From Escherichia coli (GTDB lineage: Bacteria; Pseudomonadota; Gammaproteobacteria; Enterobacterales; Enterobacteriaceae), in the NCBI RefSeq assembly GCF_050920415.1, contig NZ_CP169309.1: a DNA stretch of 64,000 nt. One strand, written 5' to 3'. Positions 50,888 through 62,139 of this stretch are shown here, one piece after another; the stretch's first letter is position 1; every line of letters begins with the position of its first letter. The notes under the pieces are model-generated. The model was given only the letters and a program-made list of their open reading frames with translations. It had not been told where the DNA came from and searched no databases. A program made the translations under genes and the position numbers.

Positions 50888-51784
50888 GTGAAACAGGATC
50901 TGGCACGCATCGAGCAGTTTCTTGATGCTCTGTGGCTGGAAAAAAATCTGGCTGAAAATACGTTGAACGCATACCGTCGCGATCTGTCAATGATGGTGGA
51001 GTGGTTGCATCACCGCGGGTTGACGCTGGCGACGGCGCAAAGTGACGATTTGCAGGCATTACTGGCAGAACGGCTGGAGGGTGGGTATAAAGCCACCAGC
51101 TCAGCGCGTTTGCTGAGCGCAGTGCGCCGATTGTTCCAGTATCTTTATCGCGAAAAGTTTCGTGAAGACGATCCCAGCGCGCATCTCGCTTCGCCGAAAT
51201 TGCCCCAGCGTTTGCCAAAAGATTTAAGCGAAGCGCAGGTCGAACGATTATTACAGGCACCATTAATTGATCAGCCACTGGAGCTGCGCGATAAAGCCAT
51301 GCTTGAAGTGTTGTATGCTACCGGGCTGCGAGTCTCTGAACTGGTCGGGCTGACAATGAGTGATATCAGCCTGCGTCAGGGCGTAGTGCGGGTCATTGGT
51401 AAAGGCAACAAAGAACGCCTTGTGCCGTTAGGTGAAGAGGCGGTTTACTGGCTGGAAACTTATCTGGAACACGGGCGACCGTGGTTGCTAAACGGTGTGT
51501 CAATTGACGTGTTGTTTCCCAGTCAGCGCGCGCAGCAGATGACGAGACAAACCTTCTGGCACCGCATTAAACATTATGCTGTGCTGGCGGGTATCGACAG
51601 CGAAAAGCTGTCACCGCATGTGTTGCGTCACGCTTTTGCCACTCATTTATTAAATCATGGTGCGGATTTACGCGTGGTGCAGATGCTACTGGGCCACAGC
51701 GATCTCTCCACCACGCAAATTTATACGCATGTCGCTACCGAGCGTCTGCGGCAACTTCATCAACAGCATCACCCGCGGGCGTGA
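50888..51784 (+). CDS. xerD: site-specific tyrosine recombinase XerD (298 aa)
   Basis: ORF track; GTG start. Confidence 0.95.
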   Translation: MKQDLARIEQFLDALWLEKNLAENTLNAYRRDLSMMVEWLHHRGLTLATAQSDDLQALLAERLEGGYKATSSARLLSAVRRLFQYLYREKFREDDPSAHLASPKLPQRLPKDLSEAQVERLLQAPLIDQPLELRDKAMLEVLYATGLRVSELVGLTMSDISLRQGVVRVIGKGNKERLVPLGEEAVYWLETYLEHGRPWLLNGVSIDVLFPSQRAQQMTRQTFWHRIKHYAVLAGIDSEKLSPHVLRHAFATHLLNHGADLRVVQMLLGHSDLSTTQIYTHVATERLRQLHQQHHPRA

Positions 51785-51808
51785 TGTCTGAAAAGAACGG
51801 GAAGATTT

Positions 51809-52519
51809 ATGAAGAAAGGTTTTATGTTATTTACGTTGTTGGCGGCGTTTTCTGGTTTTGCTCAGGCTGATGACGCGGCAATTCAACAAACGTTAGCCAA
51901 AATGGGCATCAAAAGCAGTGATATTCAGCCTGCGCCCGTGGCTGGTATGAAGACAGTTCTGACTAACAGCGGTGTGTTGTACATCACTGATGATGGTAAA
52001 CATATCATTCAGGGACCAATGTATGACGTTAGCGGAACGACTCCGGTCAATGTCACTAATAAGATGTTGTTAAAGCAGCTGAACGCGCTTGAAAACGAGA
52101 TGATCGTTTATAAAGCGCCGCAGGAAAAACACGTCATTACCGTGTTTACTGATATTACCTGTGGTTACTGCCACAAACTGCATGAGCAAATGGCAGACTA
52201 CAACGCGCTGGGGATCACCGTGCGTTATCTTGCTTTCCCTCGCCAGGGGCTGGAGAGCCAGGCTGAGCAACAAATGAAAGCCATCTGGTGTGCGAAAGAT
52301 AAAAAGAAAGCGTTTGATGATGTGATGGCGGGTAAAGCTGCCACTCCGGCAAGTTGCGATATCGATATTGCCGATCATTACGCACTTGGCGTCCAGCTTG
52401 GCGTTAGTGGCACTCCGGCAATTGTGCTGAGCAATGGCACACTTGTTCCGGGTTACCAGCCGCCGAAAGAGATGAAAGAATTCCTCGACGAACACCAAAA
52501 AATGACCAGCGGTAAATAA
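51809..52519 (+). CDS. dsbC: thiol:disulfide interchange protein DsbC (236 aa)
   Basis: ORF track; CGYC active site. Confidence 0.95.
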   Translation: MKKGFMLFTLLAAFSGFAQADDAAIQQTLAKMGIKSSDIQPAPVAGMKTVLTNSGVLYITDDGKHIIQGPMYDVSGTTPVNVTNKMLLKQLNALENEMIVYKAPQEKHVITVFTDITCGYCHKLHEQMADYNALGITVRYLAFPRQGLESQAEQQMKAIWCAKDKKKAFDDVMAGKAATPASCDIDIADHYALGVQLGVSGTPAIVLSNGTLVPGYQPPKEMKEFLDEHQKMTSGK

Positions 52520-52524
52520 TTCGC

Positions 52525-54258
52525 GTGAAACAACAGATACAACTTCGTCGCCGTGAAGTCGATGAAACGGCAGACTTGCCCGCTGAATTGCCTCCCTTGC
52601 TGCGCCGTTTATATGCCAGCCGGGGAGTACGCAGTGCGCAAGAACTGGAACGTAGTGTAAAAGGTATGCTGCCCTGGCAGCAACTGAGCGGCGTCGAAAA
52701 GGCCGTTGAGATCCTTTACAACGCTTTTCGCGAAGGAACGCGGATTATGGTGGTCGGTGACTTCGACGCCGACGGTGCCACCAGCACGGCTCTAAGCGTG
52801 CTGGCGATGCGCTCGCTTGGTTGCAGCAATATCGACTACCTGGTACCAAACCGTTTCGAAGACGGTTACGGCTTAAGCCCGGAAGTGGTCGATCAGGCCC
52901 ATGCCCGTGGCGCGCAGTTAATTGTCACGGTGGATAACGGCATTTCCTCCCATGCGGGGGTTGAACATGCTCGATCGTTGGGCATTCCGGTTATTGTTAC
53001 CGATCACCATTTGCCGGGCGAAACATTACCCGCGGCGGAAGCGATCATTAACCCTAACTTGCGCGACTGCAATTTCCCGTCGAAATCACTGGCAGGCGTG
53101 GGGGTGGCGTTTTATCTGATGCTGGCGCTGCGCACCTTTTTGCGCGATCAGGGCTGGTTTGATGAGCGCGGCATCGCAATTCCTAACCTGGCAGAACTGC
53201 TGGATCTGGTCGCGTTGGGGACAGTGGCGGACGTCGTGCCGCTGGATGCTAATAATCGCATTCTGACCTGGCAGGGGATGAGTCGCATCCGTGCCGGAAA
53301 GTGCCGTCCAGGGATTAAAGCGTTGCTGGAAGTGGCCAACCGCGATGCGCAAAAACTCGCCGCCAGCGATTTAGGTTTTGCGCTGGGGCCACGTCTCAAT
53401 GCAGCCGGGAGACTGGATGATATGTCCGTTGGTGTGGCGCTGTTGCTGTGCGACAACATCGGCGAAGCGCGAGTACTGGCAAATGAACTCGATGCGCTAA
53501 ACCAGACGCGAAAAGAGATCGAACAGGGAATGCAGGTTGAAGCCCTGACCCTGTGCGAGAAACTGGAGCGCAGCCGCGACACGCTACCCGGCGGGCTGGC
53601 AATGTATCACCCGGAATGGCATCAGGGCGTTGTCGGTATTCTGGCTTCGCGTATTAAAGAGCGTTTTCACCGTCCGGTTATCGCTTTTGCGCCTGCGGGT
53701 GACGGTACGCTGAAAGGTTCCGGTCGCTCCATTCAGGGGCTGCATATGCGTGATGCGCTGGAGCGGCTAGACACACTCTACCCCGGCATGATGCTGAAGT
53801 TTGGCGGTCATGCGATGGCGGCAGGCCTGTCGCTGGAAGAGGATAAATTCGAACTCTTTCAGCAACGGTTTGGCGAACTGGTTACTGAGTGGCTGGACCC
53901 TTCGCTATTGCAAGGCGAAGTGGTGTCAGACGGTCCGCTAAGCCCAGCCGAAATGACCATGGAAGTGGCGCAGCTGCTGCGCGATGCTGGCCCGTGGGGG
54001 CAGATGTTCCCGGAGCCGCTGTTTGACGGTCATTTCCGTCTGCTGCAACAGCGACTGGTGGGTGAACGTCATTTGAAAGTCATGGTCGAACCGGTCGGCG
54101 GCGGTCCGCTGCTGGACGGTATTGCTTTTAATGTCGATACCGCCCTCTGGCCGGATAACGGCGTGCGCGAAGTGCAACTGGCTTACAAGCTGGATATCAA
54201 CGAGTTTCGTGGCAACCGAAGCCTGCAAATTATCATCGACAATATCTGGCCAATTTAG
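52525..54258 (+). CDS. recJ: single-stranded-DNA-specific exonuclease RecJ (577 aa)
   Basis: ORF track; GTG start. Confidence 0.95.
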   Translation: MKQQIQLRRREVDETADLPAELPPLLRRLYASRGVRSAQELERSVKGMLPWQQLSGVEKAVEILYNAFREGTRIMVVGDFDADGATSTALSVLAMRSLGCSNIDYLVPNRFEDGYGLSPEVVDQAHARGAQLIVTVDNGISSHAGVEHARSLGIPVIVTDHHLPGETLPAAEAIINPNLRDCNFPSKSLAGVGVAFYLMLALRTFLRDQGWFDERGIAIPNLAELLDLVALGTVADVVPLDANNRILTWQGMSRIRAGKCRPGIKALLEVANRDAQKLAASDLGFALGPRLNAAGRLDDMSVGVALLLCDNIGEARVLANELDALNQTRKEIEQGMQVEALTLCEKLERSRDTLPGGLAMYHPEWHQGVVGILASRIKERFHRPVIAFAPAGDGTLKGSGRSIQGLHMRDALERLDTLYPGMMLKFGGHAMAAGLSLEEDKFELFQQRFGELVTEWLDPSLLQGEVVSDGPLSPAEMTMEVAQLLRDAGPWGQMFPEPLFDGHFRLLQQRLVGERHLKVMVEPVGGGPLLDGIAFNVDTALWPDNGVREVQLAYKLDINEFRGNRSLQIIIDNIWPI

Positions 54259-54348
54259 CGTCATATTATCTATAAAAAAGAGCGTGGATTCGGTACAATC
54301 CCGCTCTTATCACCGCATTTTGACTAGCTCAATAAAAGAAATCAGACC

Positions 54349-55447
54349 ATGTTTGAAATTAATCCGGTAAATAATCGCATTCAGGACCTCACGGAACGCT
54401 CCGACGTTCTTAGGGGGTATCTTTGACTACGACGCCAAGAAAGAGCGTCTGGAAGAAGTAAACGCCGAGCTGGAACAGCCGGATGTCTGGAACGAACCCG
54501 AACGCGCACAGGCGCTGGGTAAAGAGCGTTCCTCCCTCGAAGCCGTTGTCGACACCCTCGACCAAATGAAACAGGGGCTGGAAGATGTTTCTGGTCTGCT
54601 GGAGCTGGCTGTAGAAGCTGACGACGAAGAAACCTTTAACGAAGCCGTTGCTGAACTCGACGCCCTGGAAGAAAAACTGGCGCAGCTTGAGTTCCGTCGT
54701 ATGTTCTCTGGCGAATATGATAGCGCCGACTGCTACCTCGATATTCAGGCAGGTTCTGGCGGTACGGAAGCACAGGACTGGGCGAGCATGCTTGAGCGTA
54801 TGTATCTGCGCTGGGCTGAATCGCGTGGTTTCAAAACTGAAATCATCGAAGAGTCGGAAGGTGAAGTGGCGGGTATTAAATCCGTGACTATCAAAATCTC
54901 CGGCGATTACGCTTACGGCTGGCTGCGTACAGAAACCGGCGTTCACCGCCTGGTGCGCAAGAGCCCGTTTGACTCCGGCGGTCGTCGCCACACGTCGTTC
55001 AGCTCCGCGTTTGTTTACCCGGAAGTCGATGATGATATCGATATCGAAATCAATCCGGCGGATCTGCGCATCGACGTTTATCGCGCATCCGGCGCGGGTG
55101 GTCAGCACGTTAACCGTACCGAATCTGCGGTGCGTATTACTCACATCCCAACCGGGATTGTGACCCAATGCCAGAACGACCGTTCCCAGCACAAGAACAA
55201 AGACCAGGCCATGAAGCAGATGAAAGCGAAGCTTTATGAACTGGAGATGCAGAAGAAAAATGCCGAGAAACAGGCGATGGAAGATAACAAATCTGATATC
55301 GGCTGGGGCAGCCAGATTCGTTCTTATGTCCTTGATGACTCCCGCATTAAAGATCTGCGCACCGGGGTAGAAACCCGCAACACGCAGGCAGTGCTGGACG
55401 GCAGCCTGGATCAATTTATCGAAGCAAGTTTGAAAGCAGGGTTATGA
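54349..55447 (+). CDS. prfB: peptide chain release factor 2, expressed via programmed +1 ribosomal frameshift
   Basis: Frame 1 from ATG 54349 runs 25 codons to in-frame UGA at 54424-54426; body ORF 54566-55447 is in the +1 frame; SPSGGR and GGQ motifs. Confidence 0.95.
54412..54427 (+). promoter_or_regulatory. prfB: prfB frameshift site: SD-like AGGGGG + slippery CUU UGA C
   Basis: tagggggtatctttgac read directly. Confidence 0.9.
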
Positions 55448-55456
55448 GGAACCAAC

Positions 55457-56974
55457 ATGTCTGAACAACACGCACAGGGCGCTGACGCGGTAGTCGATCT
55501 TAATAATGAGCTGAAAACGCGTCGTGAGAAGCTGACGAACCTGCGTGAGCAGGGGATTGCCTTCCCGAACGATTTTCGTCGCGATCATACCTCTGACCAA
55601 TTGCACGCAGAATTCGACGGCAAAGAAAACGAAGAACTGGAAGCGCTGAACATCGAAGTTGCCGTTGCTGGCCGCATGATGACCCGTCGTATTATGGGTA
55701 AAGCCTCCTTCGTTACTCTGCAGGATGTCGGTGGTCGCATTCAGCTGTATGTGGCTCGTGACGATCTGCCGGAAGGTGTTTATAACGATCAATTCAAAAA
55801 ATGGGATCTCGGCGATATCCTCGGCGCGAAAGGTAAACTGTTCAAAACCAAAACTGGCGAACTGTCGATCCATTGCACCGAGCTGCGTCTGCTGACCAAA
55901 GCACTGCGTCCGCTGCCGGACAAATTCCACGGTTTGCAGGATCAGGAAGCGCGCTATCGTCAGCGTTATCTGGATCTCATTTCTAACGATGAATCCCGCA
56001 ACACCTTTAAAGTGCGTTCGCAGATCCTCTCTGGCATTCGCCAGTTCATGGTGAATCGTGGCTTTATGGAAGTTGAAACGCCGATGATGCAGGTGATCCC
56101 AGGCGGCGCGGCGGCGCGTCCGTTTATCACCCATCACAATGCGCTGGATCTCGACATGTACCTGCGTATCGCGCCGGAACTGTACCTCAAGCGCCTGGTG
56201 GTTGGTGGCTTCGAGCGTGTATTCGAAATCAACCGTAACTTCCGTAACGAAGGTATCTCCGTACGTCATAACCCAGAGTTCACCATGATGGAACTCTATA
56301 TGGCTTACGCGGATTACAAAGATCTGATCGAGCTGACCGAATCGCTGTTCCGTACTCTGGCACAGGATATTCTCGGTAAGACCGAAGTGACCTACGGCGA
56401 CGTGACGCTGGACTTCGGTAAACCGTTCGAAAAACTGACCATGCGTGAAGCGATCAAGAAATATCGCCCGGAAACCGACATGGCGGATCTGGACAACTTC
56501 GACTCTGCGAAAGCGATTGCTGAATCTATCGGCATCCATGTTGAGAAGAGCTGGGGTCTGGGCCGTATCGTTACCGAGATCTTCGAAGAAGTGGCAGAAG
56601 CACATCTGATTCAGCCGACCTTCATTACTGAATATCCGGCAGAAGTTTCTCCGCTGGCGCGTCGTAATGACGTTAACCCGGAAATCACTGACCGCTTTGA
56701 GTTCTTCATTGGTGGTCGTGAAATCGGTAACGGTTTTAGCGAGCTGAATGACGCGGAAGATCAGGCGCAGCGCTTCCTGGATCAGGTTGCCGCGAAAGAC
56801 GCAGGCGACGACGAAGCGATGTTCTACGACGAAGATTACGTCACCGCACTGGAACACGGCTTACCGCCGACAGCAGGTCTGGGAATTGGTATCGACCGTA
56901 TGGTAATGCTGTTCACCAACAGCCATACCATCCGTGACGTTATTCTGTTCCCGGCGATGCGTCCGGTGAAATAA
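55457..56974 (+). CDS. lysS: lysyl-tRNA synthetase (505 aa)
   Basis: ORF track; starts 10 nt after prfB stop. Confidence 0.95.
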   Translation: MSEQHAQGADAVVDLNNELKTRREKLTNLREQGIAFPNDFRRDHTSDQLHAEFDGKENEELEALNIEVAVAGRMMTRRIMGKASFVTLQDVGGRIQLYVARDDLPEGVYNDQFKKWDLGDILGAKGKLFKTKTGELSIHCTELRLLTKALRPLPDKFHGLQDQEARYRQRYLDLISNDESRNTFKVRSQILSGIRQFMVNRGFMEVETPMMQVIPGGAAARPFITHHNALDLDMYLRIAPELYLKRLVVGGFERVFEINRNFRNEGISVRHNPEFTMMELYMAYADYKDLIELTESLFRTLAQDILGKTEVTYGDVTLDFGKPFEKLTMREAIKKYRPETDMADLDNFDSAKAIAESIGIHVEKSWGLGRIVTEIFEEVAEAHLIQPTFITEYPAEVSPLARRNDVNPEITDRFEFFIGGREIGNGFSELNDAEDQAQRFLDQVAAKDAGDDEAMFYDEDYVTALEHGLPPTAGLGIGIDRMVMLFTNSHTIRDVILFPAMRPVK

Positions 56975-56993
56975 GCATTACGTTATGCTCACA

Positions 56994-57019
56994 ACCCCGG
57001 CAAATGTCGGGGTTTTTTA
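56994..57019. terminator. bidirectional terminator between lysS and convergent idi
   Basis: ccccggcaaatgtcgggg hairpin + tttttt; overlaps idi stop. Confidence 0.7.
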
Positions 57020-57565
57020 ATTGTGCTGCGCGAAAGCAGACAACAATTTTCTTGCTTCACTATTGGCTGCCTGCATCACCATCCACGGGCTGAACGCCCA
57101 CGGCGTGGCATCAATACCGTGTAATACATCTGCTAAATCACACCATTGATAATCCATCACTTCATCATCATTGATCTGTAACGCACTGGTCGTGCGTGCG
57201 GCAAATACCGGACACACTTCATTTTCCACAATGCCACTCGGATCGGTGGCGCGGTAGCGAAAGTCAGGATAGATAGATTCAGGAGGCGTAATTTCCACGC
57301 CAAGCTCATAACGGCAACGGCGGATCACTGCGTCTTCGTTGCTTTCTCCCTGTTGTGGGTGCCCACAAACCGAGTTAGTCCACACGCCAGGCCATGCTTT
57401 TTTGCTCAGTGCGCGGCGGGTAACTAATAATTGCCCCTTGGCATTAAACAGCCAACTGGAGAACGCGAGATGTAAGAGGGTGTCTGCCGTGTGTGCGGCA
57501 TACTTTTCCAGCGTACCCGTGGGAACTCCCTGTGCATTCAATAAAATGACGTGTTCCGTTTGCAT
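57017..57565 (-). CDS. idi: isopentenyl-diphosphate delta-isomerase (182 aa)
   Basis: ORF track; Nudix-like fold motifs. Confidence 0.9.
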   Translation of the reverse strand: MQTEHVILLNAQGVPTGTLEKYAAHTADTLLHLAFSSWLFNAKGQLLVTRRALSKKAWPGVWTNSVCGHPQQGESNEDAVIRRCRYELGVEITPPESIYPDFRYRATDPSGIVENEVCPVFAARTTSALQINDDEVMDYQWCDLADVLHGIDATPWAFSPWMVMQAANSEARKLLSAFAQHN

Positions 57566-57813
57566 AATTTCTCACATGTAATTCTAATCACTCATCATTA
57601 TAGATAATTGAAGAGTGAAATGATTAACCAAGTGAGCGTTTATCGACAACCGCCCGTTTTGAGCGGATGTCGACAGGTAAAACCATTTAAAAAAGCAGCA
57701 TCATATATTTGAAGCGACTTTCAATGGCCATTGCAACACAGTCAGAAATGACAGGAATAGAGAGAGTAAAAAGCAACAACAGACTGAATATAGCGCGCAT
57801 TAAAAGATTCATA

Positions 57814-59262
57814 TTATTCTCCATGCTCATTTTTCTTCAGCTTGCGCATCAGAAGCCACATACGTACTGTCCTGACTTTTAAATCTTTATCAGAGACGGA
57901 TTCCTTCACCAGATCAGCATGATGCTGATAGCCATTAAAGAAGACGTTCAGCACAACGGCGCTAAGGGTTGCGAGCATAATGCCGCTATGCAGCAACGGT
58001 TGCAGTACGGCCGGTAACTTAGAAAAGAAATCGTGAGAGAGCGTCGGAGTCATGCCAACGCCGAGACTGATCGCCACAATATAGAGGTTGTAACGGTTAG
58101 TGGTGTAGTTACAGCGCGACAGAATTCGAATCCCCGTCGCCAGTACCATGCCGAACATCACCAGCCCTGCGCCGCCAAGCACAAATTGCGGAATCGAGGC
58201 TACCAGCACCGCCATTTTGGGCACCATGCCAAACATGATTAATATGATCCCCGAAGAAATACACACCCAGCGACTATGAACGCGCGTCACGCTAACCAGG
58301 CCAACGTTTTGAGAAAATGACGTGTGGGGGAAGCTGTTAAACGTTCCGCCTATCATTGTCCCTACACCATCGACACGCAGCCCGCGAATAATATCGTGCG
58401 AAGAGAGTTTACGACCGACTATTTCACCCAGTGCCAGGAACATCCCCATCGACTCGATAAACACGATGATTAACACAGCGGTCATGGTTAGAATAGAAAC
58501 GGGGTCAAATACCGGCATACCAAACGACATTGGGGTGACAATCGCAAACCACGAAGCATCATGTAGCCCGGACAAATTGACTTCATTCATCATCCACGAA
58601 AGTAAAAAGCCAAATACAATCCCCAGTAATACGGCGACGTTGGACATAAATCCTTTCGCATAGCGAGTAATGAGCAAGATAAAAATTAAGACGGCAAAGG
58701 AGATACCTAAATAAACGGGATTACCATATTGCGGATTCCCTTTACCTCCAGCGGCCCAGTCAATACCGACCTGAATAATGCTAAGCCCGATAGAAGTAAT
58801 AACCACACCGGTAACCAGTGGCGGGAATAAAGGCATTAAGCGACCGATAAGTGGTGCTAATAATGTGGTGATAAATCCCGCGGCGATAGTGGCACCAAAT
58901 ATCCCCAGCAGGCCGATATCCGGGTTCATGCCAATGGCTATCATTGGTGTTACAGCAGCAAAGGTTACCGACATAATCACCGGCAGACGGATCCCCATAA
59001 AGCGGCCGATACCGATACATTGTAATAATGTGACGATCCCGCAGCAAAAGAGATCCGAGCTAATGAGCATCGCAATAGCTTCTTTTGAGAGGCCCAGTCG
59101 GTCACCAATCATAAGAGGAACAGCGACTGCACCTGCGTACATTACAAGGACGTGTTGCAGACCGAGTATGATCAGCTTTCCTGGTGATAATATGCGGTCA
59201 ACCTCATCAGTTGGGCGGTCTTGCCCTGAAGATGAGGGAAGTTGGGAATCTATGGCGCTCAT
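57814..59262 (-). CDS. uacT: uric acid/xanthine permease, NCS2 family (482 aa)
   Basis: ORF 57814-59391 trimmed to ATG giving MSAIDSQLPSSSGQ. Confidence 0.85.
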   Translation of the reverse strand: MSAIDSQLPSSSGQDRPTDEVDRILSPGKLIILGLQHVLVMYAGAVAVPLMIGDRLGLSKEAIAMLISSDLFCCGIVTLLQCIGIGRFMGIRLPVIMSVTFAAVTPMIAIGMNPDIGLLGIFGATIAAGFITTLLAPLIGRLMPLFPPLVTGVVITSIGLSIIQVGIDWAAGGKGNPQYGNPVYLGISFAVLIFILLITRYAKGFMSNVAVLLGIVFGFLLSWMMNEVNLSGLHDASWFAIVTPMSFGMPVFDPVSILTMTAVLIIVFIESMGMFLALGEIVGRKLSSHDIIRGLRVDGVGTMIGGTFNSFPHTSFSQNVGLVSVTRVHSRWVCISSGIILIMFGMVPKMAVLVASIPQFVLGGAGLVMFGMVLATGIRILSRCNYTTNRYNLYIVAISLGVGMTPTLSHDFFSKLPAVLQPLLHSGIMLATLSAVVLNVFFNGYQHHADLVKESVSDKDLKVRTVRMWLLMRKLKKNEHGE

Positions 59263-59696
59263 CAGTGTTTCTCCTTTCGCCCGCCAGAGTAAAAAGCAAC
59301 CGTTTACGTTATTGAAACTGTCTAAACATATGCTCGTGGAGTGCCAGTTTTTGCGAGGAAGGGGAGTTAGAGACAGGAATTGCGGAGGCAATCACATAAT
59401 CGTGGTTAAACCACGAAAATGAGAAGAGAACCTGACAATGGAATTATCTGTAATTTTCTCATATTGATATTTCATTAATCATTCTGGCATGTCGCACTCT
59501 CGCATTTAATCGTTTTTATCTGGATAGCGCTCTTTTGGTCGGCAATGTTGAAATAATGAAAGCGGCACAGATTGAGGGGTAATAATTTGAACTTAGTCAC
59601 AAACTTATAATTAAAAAGTCATTCTACCTAATATATGCCCGTTTATTGCATCGCGAACTTTGAGAAGACATAACTCATTAAATGAAAGGGATGCAA

Positions 59697-61616
59697 ATGA
59701 ATAAGTTTATCGCTGCTGAAGCTGCGGAATGTATAGGCTGTCATGCTTGTGAAATTGCCTGTGCGGTGGCACACAATCAAGAAAACTGGCCGCTGAGTCA
59801 CAGTGACTTTCGACCGCGTATCCACGTTGTAGGGAAAGGCCAGGCTGCGAATCCGGTGGCCTGTCATCACTGCAACAATGCTCCTTGCGTTACGGCTTGT
59901 CCGGTTAATGCTCTGACTTTCCAGCCCGATAGCGTACAACTGGACGAGCAAAAATGTATTGGTTGTAAAAGATGCGCAATCGCTTGCCCCTTTGGCGTCG
60001 TTGAGATGGTCGATACGATTGCGCAGAAATGCGACCTTTGTAACCAGCGCAGTTCCGGCACGCAAGCCTGTATTGACGTATGCCCAACACAGGCGTTACG
60101 GCTGATGGACGATAAAGGGTTGCAGCAGATAAAGGTGGCCCGCCAGCGCAAAACGGCAGCAGGAAAAGCGTCATCAGACGCTCAGCCATCTCGCAGTGCA
60201 GCGTTGCTCCCCGTTAACTCGCGTAAAGGCGCAGATAAAATTTCAGCGAGTGAACGGAAAACCCACTTTGGCGAAATTTATTGCGGGCTGGATCCACAAC
60301 AAGCGACTTATGAGAGTGACCGCTGTGTTTATTGCGCCGAAAAAGCTAACTGCAACTGGCATTGCCCGCTGCATAACGCTATTCCGGATTACATCCGTCT
60401 GGTGCAGGAAGGAAAGATTATTGAAGCGGCAGAACTTTGCCACCAGACCAGTTCCTTACCAGAAATCTGCGGCAGGGTATGTCCACAGGACCGTCTTTGT
60501 GAAGGCGCATGTACTTTGAAAGATCACTCTGGCGCAGTCTCTATCGGTAATCTGGAGCGCTACATCACCGATACTGCGTTGGCGATGGGCTGGCGTCCCG
60601 ATGTCAGCATGGTGGTTCCCCGTATCGAAAAAGTGGCGGTGATTGGCGCTGGGCCTGCAGGATTAGGGTGTGCTGATATCTTGGCGCGCGCGGGAGTTCA
60701 GGTTGATGTCTTTGATCGCCATCCAGAAATTGGCGGTATGCTGACTTTTGGCATTCCTCCTTTCAAACTCGATAAAACAGTCTTAAGCCAGCGGCGAGAG
60801 ATATTCACCGCAATGGGAATCGACTTTCATCTCAACTGTGAGATTGGCCGCGATATTACCTTTAGCGATTTAACTTCTGAATATGATGCCGTTTTCATCG
60901 GCGTGGGGACTTACGGGATGATGCGAGCAGATTTGCCGCATGAAGATGCGCCCGGTGTCATTCAGGCTCTACCGTTCCTGACTGCCCATACCCGCCAGCT
61001 CATGGGGTTGCCGGAGTCTGAAGAGTATCCGCTGACGGATGTGGAAGGTAAGCGAGTCGTGGTATTGGGCGGTGGCGATACGACCATGGATTGTTTGCGG
61101 ACTTCCATCCGCCTCAATGCCGCCAGCGTGACCTGCGCGTATCGTCGTGATGAAGTCAGTATGCCGGGCTCGCGCAAAGAGGTGGTCAATGCGCGCGAGG
61201 AAGGTGTCGAGTTTCAGTTCAATGTTCAGCCGCAATATATCGCTTGTGACGAAGATGGGCGTTTAACTGCGGTGGGCCTGATTCGTACAGCCATGGGTGA
61301 GCCGGGGCCGGATGGTCGCCGTCGTCCTCGTCCGGTAGCGGGTTCAGAGTTTGAGCTGCCCGCCGATGTTCTGATTATGGCCTTTGGTTTCCAGGCGCAT
61401 GCCATGCCGTGGTTGCAAGGCAGCGGAATTAAGCTCGATAAATGGGGCCTGATTCAAACCGGGGACGTCGGGTATTTACCCACCCAGACGCATCTGAAAA
61501 AAGTCTTTGCTGGTGGGGATGCAGTTCATGGCGCGGATCTGGTTGTCACTGCAATGGCCGCAGGAAGGCAGGCGGCGCGCGATATGTTAACTCTGTTTGA
61601 TACGAAGGCATCGTGA
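59697..61616 (+). CDS. ygfT: Fe-S/FAD oxidoreductase (GltD-like with N-terminal 4Fe-4S ferredoxin domains) (639 aa)
   Basis: ORF 59682-61616; start at [22 protein letters not shown]; multiple CxxCxxCxxxCP motifs. Confidence 0.85.
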   Translation: MNKFIAAEAAECIGCHACEIACAVAHNQENWPLSHSDFRPRIHVVGKGQAANPVACHHCNNAPCVTACPVNALTFQPDSVQLDEQKCIGCKRCAIACPFGVVEMVDTIAQKCDLCNQRSSGTQACIDVCPTQALRLMDDKGLQQIKVARQRKTAAGKASSDAQPSRSAALLPVNSRKGADKISASERKTHFGEIYCGLDPQQATYESDRCVYCAEKANCNWHCPLHNAIPDYIRLVQEGKIIEAAELCHQTSSLPEICGRVCPQDRLCEGACTLKDHSGAVSIGNLERYITDTALAMGWRPDVSMVVPRIEKVAVIGAGPAGLGCADILARAGVQVDVFDRHPEIGGMLTFGIPPFKLDKTVLSQRREIFTAMGIDFHLNCEIGRDITFSDLTSEYDAVFIGVGTYGMMRADLPHEDAPGVIQALPFLTAHTRQLMGLPESEEYPLTDVEGKRVVVLGGGDTTMDCLRTSIRLNAASVTCAYRRDEVSMPGSRKEVVNAREEGVEFQFNVQPQYIACDEDGRLTAVGLIRTAMGEPGPDGRRRPRPVAGSEFELPADVLIMAFGFQAHAMPWLQGSGIKLDKWGLIQTGDVGYLPTQTHLKKVFAGGDAVHGADLVVTAMAAGRQAARDMLTLFDTKAS

Positions 61617-62104
61617 TGAAATCGTTAATTATCGTTAATCCGGCTGACTGTATTGGCTGCCGTACTTGTGAAGTGGCCTGTGTGGTCGCTCACCCTTCAG
61701 AACAGGCGTTGAATGCCGATGTCTTTTTGCCTCGGCTGAAGGTACAGCGACTGGACAGCATCAGTGCGCCGGTGATGTGCCATCAGTGTGAAAACGCCCC
61801 TTGTGTTGGCGCTTGCCCCGTGGGAGCGCTGACGATGGGCGAGCAGGTGGTGCAGGCCAATTCTGCCCGTTGTATTGGCTGTCAGAGTTGCGTCAGTGCG
61901 TGCCCGTTTGGGATGATAACCATTCAGTCGTTGCCGGGGGATACCCGGCAACAAATTGTGAAATGCGATCTCTGTGAACAGCGGGAAGAGGGGCCTGCCT
62001 GCGTTGAATCTTGCCCGACACAGGCGCTGCAGTTGCTTACTGAAAGAGAACTCAGGCGAGTCCGCCAGCAGCGTATTGTTGCCAGCGGTGAGAATCCTCT
62101 CTGA
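61613..62104 (+). CDS. ygfS: 4Fe-4S ferredoxin-type protein (163 aa)
   Basis: ORF track; four Cys clusters; overlaps ygfT stop. Confidence 0.85.
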   Translation: MMKSLIIVNPADCIGCRTCEVACVVAHPSEQALNADVFLPRLKVQRLDSISAPVMCHQCENAPCVGACPVGALTMGEQVVQANSARCIGCQSCVSACPFGMITIQSLPGDTRQQIVKCDLCEQREEGPACVESCPTQALQLLTERELRRVRQQRIVASGENPL

Positions 62105-62139
62105 AAGAATTCTCCGCGCTGAAAGGCGCGGAGAATCTA

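Noticed and set aside
54410-55414. 334-aa minus-strand ORF
   Set aside because: Antisense to prfB; spurious
55442-56857. 471-aa minus-strand ORF
   Set aside because: Antisense to lysS; spurious
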